Below the pieces are notes generated by a model. The model was given only the letters and a program-made list of their open reading frames with translations, searched no databases and was not told where the DNA came from. A stretch of 64,000 nucleotides of DNA from Paraphysomonas bandaiensis (taxonomy: Eukaryota > Protista > Chrysophyceae): the NCBI GenBank assembly GCA_965644295.1, contig CBFFRP010000312.1:1-64000 (forward strand). Direction: 5' to 3'. Position 1 is the stretch's first letter; the number at the start of each line of letters is the position of its first letter. Positions 9,199 to 20,596 of this stretch are shown in pieces. The translations under genes and the position numbers were made by a program.

Positions 9199-12100
9199 AT
9201 GAATATCGCCAAGCTGGAAGCACTTGTCGATGAAGCAACCAGTGGATCTGGTGCTTCGAAAGTCGAAGCGACTCGAATGATAGATGAACTACGACTAGAC
9301 CCAGAGAGATGGTCGTTAGGAATGAAGCTGTTCTTCGATGCATCTCGCGATATGGCTAGACTGTTTGGGTTGAGTTTGGTGCGTGATTTCATTAAGAGCC
9401 ACTCTGACTCCACCCATAGGAATGAACGAGTGGCTATAAAGGATGCTATACTGGCTTGGGTGTCCCAAACTTTTCGCTCTGCTATAATTGAGCCTTATAT
9501 TGTTAATAGTATTGCAAATATAATCACACTGTGTGTAAAGTGTGATTTCCCTGAGCATTGGGGAAGTGCATTTGATGACATCTTGTCGCTGTCATCGCTT
9601 GGCCGCGCTGGTATCGACTTAGCTACACGAGTTATAACAGATTTAGATTTTGAAGTAGTGTGTTTCTCGGAGTCTCGCACTCAGGATGAAATCTCACATA
9701 ATACCCGTGTGAAAGATGCGATGCGGGAAGGAAATATTATCCGGAACCTCGTTGCATTTCTCTGCTCGACTGCCATGGAGGTACGTGACAAAGGTGATGT
9801 TTCTGGGGGAGATCTTGGTGAACGTTGTCTACATGCTTTAGCGGAGATGATAGGATGGATTGATATTAGTTTAGTTGTGAATGATACTGTGTTACCGCAG
9901 TTGTACGAATTTCTTCACTGTGAGCAGCTCTCTTCTAGTGCATGTTCATGCCTTCTGGAAATTGCAAAGAAAGGTATGGATCCGGTAGATAAGGTTAAGT
10001 TGTTGGCCTCGATTTGCATGGTTGAGACTCTTTCACGTGTTCCATTTTCACCTCAGTCATCTGATGGGGTAGAAGAAGATGTTGGTTCGGTTGTGGATGT
10101 CATAGTCTTGGAGCTCGTGAGTTGCTGGGGAGTATTTGAAGCCCACGCACTAGACATGGTTCATGGAAATGTAGACGTATCTAATGATCGACAACAACAA
10201 ATCTTGGAAATTGGTCGGATTACTGGTGAGCAACTACGAGCTGCATTCCCTGTCCTTATGAAAGTATTCAACCACCGAGAGAGTTATGTTGCAGTCACTG
10301 TAGTGAACTCTGTAAAGCGTTTGATTGCTCACGTGAAGAAGCAACAAGGGCGCAGGGCAGCGCCAGATGCTCGCGCATCGGAAGATATTCTTCAGCTATA
10401 TAGTATGTACCCAGAATGGTTTTTTCTTGCTGGAGAGTGTTTGACAGACGTATTGTCGGGAATATATTCCCAGCTGCAGTATCCTGAAGATTTTTATGAA
10501 GCACATGCAGAGCTATCTGAGGAAGATGACGAAGAATACGCTGCAGAACTAGAGGCAAGTACTTCAACCATGTATACAATTATGCATTACCATATATAAT
10601 TTTTGCGTTGCTTGCGACTGGAGAGGACTGCGTTGAGTGCCTTGTGGTTTACCACTCGCCGCACTCCGCAAATCATGTCACATCTCCTTACACTGCAACG
10701 CTAGAATAATCCTCACACTGCTGCTCAGCGCTTTTGCGCCGATGCCGGTGTGATGGAGAGTTTCTGTTGAGTTCGTCTATACCCTATGTACTGACGGTTA
10801 TTTATGAAACTCACATATTTACTTAACATGCTATGCTAAATCGTGTATACTCGTATCTACGAATTTAACTGTGTGATAACAGACGAAGAACCAGATTCGC
10901 GGACTATTTGTGAGTTGTACCCGTATTCGTCCTACGGATTGTCTTGAGCTAATTGCGGCGGTGCTTTCTTCCCAGTCTCAGCCGCTCTACTCAGGTATAC
11001 TTCTCATATGTAAAAAGTAATTGTATGCATTCCGCAGCTAGCACGTTACGGCATTCATTATGATACGTATGATATGTTGATCAATGTGCGGATATAGTAA
11101 GGGGACATATGTTCTCAGCTTTGATGAGAGGCATTTGATTTTACCCACGTTGTGTGGTTTCTTGTGCTCTTCTTGTCAAGCTAACAAACAACTGTCATGT
11201 TTGAGTTGAAACCAAATTGCTCGCATATGTTCTGATAGTGCTCTCTCTACAGCTCCTTTTCCTCAACTTGAAGCCGCTCTTCGATTAGTTTATTCGTTTG
11301 CTGAATGTGGTCCCAGCAACACTTCATTTGTACGTATGATGGATATCTGTTATGGGCTCCATTGATGTCGATTATTTTACAGATCAATGAAGGAATGTTT
11401 CCTGGGATCCTTGAGGCGTTACATCAGAGCAATATTCATAGACACTCTAATCCTTTGGTTCTGATTGCATATTACGAGGTTGCGGCGCGCTACGCCTATC
11501 TGTCTCCAATGAACACCATTCTTGGTGTTGTTGGCGCTCTTGTGAGTCCACAAGGGTTGCGCCACAACGACCCACAGTTGAGATCGCGATCTGCCTATTT
11601 GCTACGAAAAGTTGCAGAAGCTCTTCGTGACGATGCTAAGTGTCTTATTGCTGCGGTCGGGACATTCGCAGGTAACTGTTTTGCTTGTTAATGACATCGT
11701 ATATGTTCTCCCATTGATCGAACGTTCTGCAATCTACACATATTGACAAAACGATCAAACTTTGGGTATATTAACACACCAGTTTAATTATGGGTAGCAT
11801 ATGGACACAAAATGTGTCATCACTCATGTGCTGTCTATGGGAAGTGGTGTACATATCTTACTATCTATATATTCATTAATTGCATCTTCAGATCTTATTC
11901 TCACGCAAACTGGTCATGCTCCCCCACTCCCCGAGCAAGCTGAACTTCATTTACTTGAGGCAGTCGGCATGATGACTTCATCTGGAACGCAGCCAACTGA
12001 CTCACCTCAGTCCCCGTCAAATTGTAACTCTGATGTCAGCAGTGTTTCTATTCAACTGAGGCTACTGGAGGACATGCTTTCCTCGCTAGTACGACAACTT

Positions 12101-13222
12101 CAAGACCTCACTAATGAAGTGGATAGCAATAATAGGCGTGGGGGGGAGCAACTGGCGGAAGCAGCTGCTTGGAAATTCGGATCGCTTGCTGCCCTTGCCC
12201 GAGGACACACCCCTCGCACTCATAATGGCTCCTCGGCTGACATGTTTTATCAGGCTACCCTTTCAGTCACTCCTGCGTTAAGGGAATTTGGAAAATATAA
12301 ACCCTCTCGTAGTAAAGGGATTGTCTTCTTACATAGAATGGTTCTCTGTGTTGGACCGAGAGTAGTGGAGTCGATATCAAAATGTATACATATATATTTT
12401 GAGTGTGCCGATGCCTCGGACATTGAGTTTCCTGTGCAGCTGATAAATCAGTTAATGGTAGAATTTGGAGACAAGTATGAGAATGTTGTGATGCTAGTCG
12501 AAGATGTTTTTCAGATCGTTATTAACCGTCTGGGTGGTTTATACGGTGATCTTTTAAGGGCTTCTGCAGAGGCCGCTGCGGCCAGTGCTGCTGGGAAGTC
12601 TGCATATGAACATCGCCAGGAGGACACGATTGTAGATACAACCCTCGAGAGTGATAAGTTAGCAATACAGAAACAGTATTTGGTGTTTGTACAGCATGTT
12701 GCGGCGCATTGCAACGCGGCCTTGGTATCCCCCAATAATGTACACAGACTTCCTGAGATATTCTCAAATATTATGACAGGATTGAGAGGGGGAGATGACG
12801 ATGGTATTGGCGTTACTGTAGGACTTCCTCTAAGAAGAAATGCCGTATCCATTCTATCGAGTCTTGCAAAGGTCTGGATGGCTTCCGACTCGTCTGTGTC
12901 TCCGGATGTTACTGGACTTGTTGTGTCTCTTCTATGTGATCAGGCCTTGCCTGTAGCGATAGGTGCATGCTCGGATAACTCTCTGAACGTATCAGATCCA
13001 CAAACGCAAGGCTATATAGCGGATGTAGGTATATTGTTGTGGTCGATGGCCTCCGTAAGGCGTGATGATACAATTAGTTATGTACAGTCAGCTTTATTGC
13101 CATCTCTGGGGTGGCATACGAATGCGATTTCTGAAGTAGTCCGCCTCTTCGAAAATTCATCCCAGCTAAATGTATTCAGAGATTCTTTTAAGAAGTTAAT
13201 TAGAGAATTAAACAATAGATAG
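9199..13222 (+). CDS. XPOT: Exportin-T (tRNA exportin, Los1/PAUSED); 5 exons
   Basis: Motifs NTRVKDAMRE, IGWIDISLVVN, KKGMDPVDK and GLRH...LRSRSAYL. Exons ~9199-10554, 10883-10994, 11252-11328, 11383-11671, 11892-13222. Confidence 0.9.
10605..10818 (+). ncRNA. Candidate intronic box H/ACA snoRNA (three hairpins), XPOT intron 1
   Basis: Stem GCGTTGC(10605)/GCAACGC(10695) is followed by H box AGAATA(10703). Middle hairpin TCACACTG/CGGTGTGA. Terminal stem GAGTTTC(10758)/GAAACTC(10806) is immediately followed by ACA(10813). Confidence 0.7.
11031..11240 (+). ncRNA. Candidate intronic H/ACA-like structured RNA, XPOT intron 2
   Basis: Stem TCCGCA(11031)/TGCGGA(11087) is followed by H box ATAGTA(11094). 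A branched domain is closed by GGGACATATG(11102)/CATATGTTCT(11224) and followed by ATA (ACA variant). It ends close to the 3' splice site. Confidence 0.45.
11706..11856 (+). ncRNA. Candidate intronic box H/ACA snoRNA, XPOT intron 4
   Basis: Hairpin CCCA(11710)/TGGG(11763), then H box ATATTA(11768), then hairpin ACACCA(11776)/TGGTGT(11845) with a long upper stem, immediately followed by ACA(11851). Confidence 0.7.
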
Positions 13223-13320
13223 TTCTTTTTGTCGATATATTTTAAATAAGAATTATTTATTATTATGCTTTTCCTATTTTTCTACCGCTACTTGGAAAAA
13301 TATTTGCTGTAGCTTGTAGC

Positions 13321-13600
13321 AGCAAGGCTTGGTAGCCGTTAATGGTAATTCCGTTACTATTGCCCGGAACTGGACTACCAATATGGCATCTCATTAACAG
13401 AAGGTACAATATACTGCTATGCATAATATATTGAACAATATGTTAAACAATGTTCATGCAACTTTACAGCCATTATGTAGAAACGTTATTCATTATCAGC
13501 GGAAAACTTAATGCTATATGAGATAATAGTTTCCTGAGAAACAACATGACAACGTACTCTCACTCAAAAACTCTAATAAAAAAGCATTGAAAATATGCAT
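13321..13600 (+). mobile_element. Non-autonomous hAT-like element, left portion
   Basis: AGCAAGGCTTGGTAGCC resembles TAGCAGGGCTTGGTAAC (2781) and the inverted end at 20130-20146. The segment 13520-13600 is repeated directly at 19885-19970. Confidence 0.5.
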
Positions 13601-13859
13601 ACTTGTTTCAACCCAAAGTTGAAAGGAGCTGCAGTACACAACTAATCCAAATAACTATACTCTGTAATTATATATTACACCATTTATTAAGCAACGATGA
13701 TGGTTGATGGAAGTGTAATTTATATTAAAAGTCTTGTTATTTAGCAATAGGCGTTAAAAACCTGCACCAAAATAGTGGCTAGTGTAATTTACTGAATCGC
13801 CTTACGAGTGAATTCGCAGGACTTTCTTCCTTTGTTTGGGCTATATGTTGCTTTCTGAC

Positions 13860-15850
13860 ACCTGACACTGAGCGAGCAAACTGGGGTACCGAGGTCGGCC
13901 TCACACTCCAACAACCCGAGCTCCCTGAACGTCAAAATGCACACACCCTGACTAACATTATACGCACCCTAGGACTTGATGAAGCCGACTCTGGTAATTA
14001 TCAAGCAATCTTCACAGACGGATCATACACGCCCGCAGCTCTTTCCCCACGCCGCATCACGCATGTGCACCCACGCACAAGATGGACACATTGCGGAGGA
14101 GCGGCGGCTGTCTGGCTCCCCCTGGAGGATGAACAGGAGAACGGCACCACTAAAATCCTGCGCTTAGAGACATCCTTCAGAGACGTACCTGGACTTGGCC
14201 CATATGCGTATGAACTCATGGGAGCTGCGATGGCACTTATACTATCTGCGCGACTCCCTGCGCACATACCGATTAACACAGACTGTAAGATCCGCACTGA
14301 CGAGGCACTTTCCACCAGACGTCGGGCACTTGGACTCGAAAGCATTGCGGCAAATAAAGACTGCACAAGGAAAGTAGCATGGGTCCGATCACACCCTGAG
14401 CGACGTACCACTGATGAATCTGAATGGACATATGAGGACAAAGGCACTTACATTGAAGATGCAATAGCCGGAGAGGACTGGCTTGAAGTTGACTAGGACG
14501 ACAAAATTACACTGTCTGCAATATAGAATTGGACCAAGCCATTGAGCGAATACTCACCGCGGGTTTATGGAACTGGCGCATATCCGAGGGGCGACGGCCG
14601 CATTGTACAAGCCCCCTATTCACGGACTTCTAATCACTCTGCAGCCAACAGACACTGGAGGGCTACACTGCACTTAGAGATCAACTCTACGGACACGATA
14701 TTGGACAGATAGCGGGGCACTACTTCCGGGCAAACTGGCACACAAGCAGAGATAGTGGTCCATCCAAGGATATAAAGATAGTTCTCACCTCTACGCCAGA
14801 GAAAGTGCTCAATGCAGCATTGACATGGGACATATCTTTCAGCATTGAAAGAAACCGGGCCAAAGCCGCATGTTCTGACTAGACTCACTCAAGCACATGT
14901 GTCTAGACTGCACAAAAATGACGCCATCACTCAGATACGGGAGAAACGGCATTTCACAGCCACAAAAAAGCGCTTCAAGAGACACTGAGAAACCAGGACC
15001 TACCCCACTGGACTACCACAATAATGCGCTACAGCGGCTTTTCAGAAGAGCCTGGAACCCCTCCTTCCCACAGGTGGAAAGATTCTGGAGGCACCATCAC
15101 CACTGTACAACTTGAGACGGCCTTTGGAGATCACATCCATGAGCCCCTCCTGACACATCTAGGTCTGCGCAGCCTTGAATAAGCGGTCATCAGCAGCCTA
15201 TATTTCTCCCGCTTTTTGCTGCAGCAGAGTTCATGATCCAAGATCGAAGTCGACGATACATTACCCTCTACAAAAAGTACCCCCTAACTCCAATATAGCT
15301 ACTCCCGCGACCGCGTCAACTACGTAGACAGCAATAATGGAAACGCCCCAGGGTGCTACGATTACTAGGAGTCCGCAGACGACCATCGCACACCGCACAC
15401 ACAAACCCTACATCTCATACCCACAGGACCATATCACTGGCCCGCATGAAACCTTCAGGCCCCAGACAACGACGTCGTCTTCGGCAACTCCACCTACTAT
15501 ATGCCTGACGCCCAAACGGTGCACTGAGACAACGCCACATTCCACCACACCACCCACCTCTCAGCACATCTATCTAGCACTCGGTACACTCAGGACCTTT
15601 ATACAGAGCCCTGTAACTCAAAGCCTGGTGGAATCTCATCCCAACAAGGGCAGACCCTCTGACAACACGCGCCAGTGAGTCCTAGGACACATGATCATGG
15701 CGAAACTCACAATCAACATTAAGAACGGGAGTGGTCGCACCTTGGTGCTTGCGGCGAAGCACAATCAGCTTCTGTAGCGCTAAATAGTAGGATAACAGAA
15801 TTTGTGCTGATTAGTTATGGGTAGCGGTCTAACTAATATGTCTAGTATTC
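13860..15850 (+). mobile_element. Degenerate non-LTR retrotransposon, 3' part with RNase H
   Basis: RNase H motifs IFTDGS (14008), YAYELMGA, INTDC and WVRSH...EDKGTYIEDAIA, broken by frameshifts and stops. The tail is shared with 3200-3345. Confidence 0.75.
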
Positions 15851-15919
15851 AACTAGCCACTTCATCGGTGCAGGGTTTTGACGCCTCTATTGCTAAATAA
15901 AAAGACTTTTAATATAAAC

Positions 15920-16260
15920 TGGTATTCCTTGATGAAAGATCTAAAACCGTTTGAGAATGCCATTTTGCTGTCATCGGATAGCAATCATGACAAAAGTGCA
16001 GGATGTTCTGGAAAGCGTCGAGAGGTCACCAAGAGAGCTCGAAGTGGTATCGATGAGTCTATCTACTACCGCTGCTTGCTTCATTTTGAAGCACAATCTA
16101 ATGTTGTTGTTGAGAGGTACTGCAGTCGTGCGAAGTTGATCATGACGCCTGTGAGCGTAGAACCATGAATCCATATCGGCTAGAATCGTTTCTACTCTTA
16201 CGAGCCAATTACATGTTGTGGGATGCTTATGACCTCCATGAAAAGGGCCTGTGCCAGTGG
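15920..16260 (+). mobile_element. hAT transposase C-terminal remnant
   Basis: Reads FENAI...SNVVVERYCSRAKLIMTP, then after a frameshift ERRTMNPYRLESFLLLRANYMLWDA. Homologous to the ~7780 remnant. Confidence 0.7.
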
Positions 16261-17444
16261 AGAGCGAGAAGTAGTTACTATTCGTTGTCTGTTATTACAC
16301 TAGATTATAGTAATTAAGAGAGCACTACACTATATATATATTGTAGCTAGAGTATTTATACGTTATACATTTTTTTGAAAGTGGCTATCCTGACCTCTTC
16401 GAACTTGTTGATTTAATGCAAATGTAAAAGTTATTTTTTAAAAGTATGTCACTGAAGGACTACATTGGTGCAGGTTTTTAACGCCTATTGCTAAATAATA
16501 AGACTTCCAATATACGTTACTGAAGGGTAATATTTCTTTTAAAAAATATTGGAATGGGTAATATTCGCACATTCGGCATTGCACACTCCATGTTCATTCA
16601 TTGCATATTGTATATATATGGCAGGGCTTTGTAACCTATTTTCATTTAAGTCCGACTGGTGCACCGACCGATTCACTACATTGAATCAGCAACAAGCCCA
16701 GCAGGTGCGCCTTCCCTTTTACCTACATCTGAGAGTTGGCCCTATTTGAAGTTCAAAAAATTTACTATTCAACACCAGGCAAGTTTCAAAAGCTGTCTTG
16801 CAGTAAGTGTTGATGTACGCAGTGCATAAAACACTGTAGTGTGGACACCATTCAGGTTCTCTATGATATTGCTGCATTATCTGTTATCTGGGAGAATCAG
16901 CAACAATAATGTGTATCTCTCGTAACTGTTAAACTCCGTTCCTCAATGCTTGACTTCAGCAGGCAGCCCAATACCTCAGATGACCTTGAGGCGGGCTCAG
17001 TCCTGGATGTGCTCCATTCTGAGCGCGTACTTATTAGGTAGAGCCGAGTGGGGGCCGGGTAAGGGTCTAACTAATACTTAAGTCCCATATGTTATTTTCT
17101 AACTACCTACTGAAACCAAATAGCTACATCATTATCACACAGTTTTTAGCGCTGGATATGCAGTGAGAACCCAGGTGGGGAAGCGCTGAACTAAGCAATG
17201 TATACATAGGTAGAGGTGCGCGGTAGCAAAACTCAGCAGCACTCACTAGACGGTCAAACGCCGTGATTAATTACGCTATCAATATGGGACACCTAAGTCA
17301 TATACCTTATGCTTGAGCTTATGCCTCAAGTACTACTAACAGTTATCTTCATGCTTAATGTAGCAATAACACAAGCGACGCACCAAAATCGGTATACCCT
17401 TCAGGACAATAAAGATTGAAATAGTTGAATTTTCCACTTTTTTC

Positions 17445-18335
17445 CTAGTAGTCCTCAAAGTCTTCGTCAATACCAGACATAGGAGGGAGATAGGAATTTC
17501 GTGAAGGTTGCGAGGGGTGATACTCCATAGATGTCCCTTTCGATTCGTCATAGTATATATTGCAGTCTCTTGGCTTCGTCCACTCTCTGCGGCAGTATCT
17601 GTTGCATACATGTCTACCAAAAAAAGTACTGATACCAGCTGCGCCTAAATCTGTTGGTCCAAATCTTTGGTTTCTTGAGCATATTACCGGATCTGAAAGA
17701 ATTACCCCATCCCTATAGATACCACCTTGTAAATCACACAACGTAAACATTCCGCTCGATACGTGATACGTGTAGTGCGAGAGTGCTTGTAAAACCTTAT
17801 ACCAACCTCCTTGCCTTCGGTTCACCCAACCACTGTTGCTGTTGAACTTTTCATAGTTTTCGATAAAAGGTTCCACGAACATCTGCCTCCCGTCTGTAGT
17901 CCATTTTGATGGTACATTGATGCGAATTGTACTGTCAATGAAATTGGCACCATTAAATTGGGAAATAAGATGCACTGCCTTGTTGATAGTTTCTTCATCT
18001 TTAGCAAAATATAAATCAGACATATGTTCATACTTATCCTTAAACACTTTCGCTATTGCTGATTGTCCAGTTCGTGGTCCTCCTGTATACACACCGCGAT
18101 AACATGCACGAAAAGATCCAGTTGCAAACACCCGACAAAAATCAAACTGGGCTCTTCGAGAATTTTCATTCGATCTGCCAGTTCCAAAACCACACCCATC
18201 TCGACTCACATTTTCTTGAATGCAGAGTTTGCATCGAGATACTCCAACTTGTTTACGCCATTGATTTACTGAATAACACTCTGATGCTAACTCCGAGTTA
18301 CACCCTGCGCATACACGATATCCCCACTGCGACAT
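17445..18335 (-). CDS. Alpha-kinase (MHCK/eEF2K family) with N-terminal CxxC...CxxC zinc finger
   Basis: Motifs GSFRACY, EPFI..YEKFNSNSGW, LQALSHYTYH, CDLQG, SDPVI, GPTDLG and HVCNRYC. N-terminus CAGC...YSVNQW...RCKLC. Intronless. Confidence 0.92.
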   Translation of the reverse strand: MSQWGYRVCAGCNSELASECYSVNQWRKQVGVSRCKLCIQENVSRDGCGFGTGRSNENSRRAQFDFCRVFATGSFRACYRGVYTGGPRTGQSAIAKVFKDKYEHMSDLYFAKDEETINKAVHLISQFNGANFIDSTIRINVPSKWTTDGRQMFVEPFIENYEKFNSNSGWVNRRQGGWYKVLQALSHYTYHVSSGMFTLCDLQGGIYRDGVILSDPVICSRNQRFGPTDLGAAGISTFFGRHVCNRYCRREWTKPRDCNIYYDESKGTSMEYHPSQPSRNSYLPPMSGIDEDFEDY

Positions 18336-19229
18336 GTTCTTCTAGTTGTTCCAGGGATCAAGCAATGGGGATAGTGAAACGCATGGTGTTGAAATGAAGG
18401 GTTGAAATGTGTCGGAAGGGCTGGAGATGCAGAGAGTGGAGTGAGCCATGACTGATTGACTGATTGATGAGTCGTGTCATGTCTAGACGTGGGTTTACAC
18501 ACACACTAAAGGCAGAATCTCATAGTTTTCTTAATAAAAACCAAGGAATTCTTAGTCATATACTGATAAATTCATGTTTATAAAACAAAATGATCCAAAA
18601 GTGTATATTTTTTTTTTGTGTTATTGTATACTACTGAAGAGTGAAGCTGTAGTACACGTACAGTAGTATACAGTATACCTGTATTCATACGCCACAGGCG
18701 TATCGGCAGTCAGCATCTTATTTTTCGGGAGTAAACTGAAGCGAATATTCTCTATATTACTGCAATACAACTACGGCTGTAATACAGATAATTGTTGTCT
18801 CAATATTTGAGGTATCTCTGAACAAAAATATACGAAGGATGCAGTCATAGATACAAGTAAGTAAGTTGATTGCCTCGTGGCTCTGCATGAGACAGTACAG
18901 TATTGTTCATCTCTCAGCGGCACGGGGTCATCTAGTCGTCTCATCATGCTGTTCTGAGGGTGATGTAGAGGGAGTTGTGTGTGCGTGTTGTTGTTGTAGC
19001 AGGCATCCCTCTCCATTGCACATACTTCCTCTCCTACTTATGGAACAAAGCACTGGACTGGCCGACATCCGGTACATGTCAATTATGTGTGACGTATCGT
19101 GACTGTTCATGTATGTGATGCTATTGACGGCCTATAGGAGCCGTTTGTGTGGGAGTCGATCTGAATGCTATCATAGAATTCTGTCGATGTACTTCTCCTA
19201 ATGTTGCTTCTATCACTGTTGTTGAATAT

Positions 19230-19835
19230 CTCTCCTCACTACTTGAAATGCCACTCTATAAACCCCCAGGGTTACAGGTCAGGTCAAGGCCTTGTTTAGT
19301 TTTGGCCCGGTTTCTGCCTATGCGAAAGGATTTGTTCCATGTCAGGACAGCATTGAGTGTTCTCTGGCGGAGGTGGGAGCTGTCTTTGTGTCTGATTGAC
19401 CACCATCTGCTTGAGCCAGTTTGCGCAGGAGTAAAGCACCACTGTCAGTCCGTCAGTCCAGTAACCAGGCGCTCGATCTGGATTGTGGCCATAGCGTTGA
19501 TCTCGAAGTGCAGTGTAGTTCTCGAGCGTCCATTGGTCGCGGAGAGTTTGGAAATTGATGAGCATGGGATGCGTGTGGTGCGGGCCGTCGTGTCCCGGAC
19601 AGACGCCAGTGCCATATTCCAGACATGAGAATGCGCTCGGTGGCCCAACAGACGGTCGACTTCTGACCAGGCAGCGCTTGCAACAGCGTCTGCGATGTAT
19701 ATACCTTTGTCCTCGTATGTCCATTCAGATTCATCCGTACTACGTCGTTCAAGGAGGGAGCGGACCCAATTAACGGTGTCCTAGAGCTTGGCGACGTGAG
19801 GACGTGAGGAGAGCCTCGTCAGTTCGTATACATTC
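19230..19835 (-). mobile_element. Second degenerate copy of the RNase H-bearing non-LTR element
   Basis: The minus strand encodes RTDEAL...WVRS..ERRSTDESEWTYEDKGIYIAD, near-identical to 14290-14470. Confidence 0.75.
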
Positions 19836-19879
19836 GGCTTGACAGTGGCAACTTTGTTCATTATCTTCTCAATGCTCTA

Positions 19880-20146
19880 CAGAGTTAGAAAATAGTTTCC
19901 TGAGCAATATGCATAACGGCGTACTCATATACCCAAAAACTCTAAAATAATCATTGAAAATATGCATATTTTACCTAGAAAACATTCATAAAAATACTAT
20001 TCGATTAGGGTTAGTGCTATCTACTTTAAGTTAGTAGCTATTAATGGCCATTTTAATTGCCGGGACATTTTTCATTAATACTATTATAATTGCCGGGAGC
20101 TGGACTACCATTAACGAGCTATATTGATGGTTACCAGGCCCTGCTA
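19880..20146 (+). mobile_element. Non-autonomous hAT-like element, right portion with TIR
   Basis: Ends with GTTACCAGGCCCTGCTA (reverse complement TAGCAGGGCCTGGTAAC). Shares internal motifs with 13321-13600. Confidence 0.5.
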
Positions 20147-20596
20147 TGCTCTATGATAATGTTGTATTATCTGTTATCTGTGAGAATCAGCAACAATGTA
20201 TCTCTCTCAAACCTCAAACTGTTCAGCACCAGTAATATAGATATACAGATGTGTATAGGTAGTTGATTAGTTTACTAGTTTAAAGTCGCAGTTGTGATTG
20301 TCACGAGAAAACTCGATTCGATAAAGAGACAATTGTTTTCCACAAATCCTATCGATGGAATTCTAGTATTGTTGTGCCGTGAATACTTTAACAAACTCAG
20401 GATAATATTAGAAAGTAAAACGGATGTAGATTCAAGATAGAACTAGTTTACTCAAAATAAAAAATACATATCATATGTACATAACATTCTTAATATGTTA
20501 CTTTTACAAAAAGACAACTTTACATGCAACTATTTCTGAGAGATACCTACAAAATACCCTCAGCATGAAAAATTATGACAACCTGATATTCTTACT

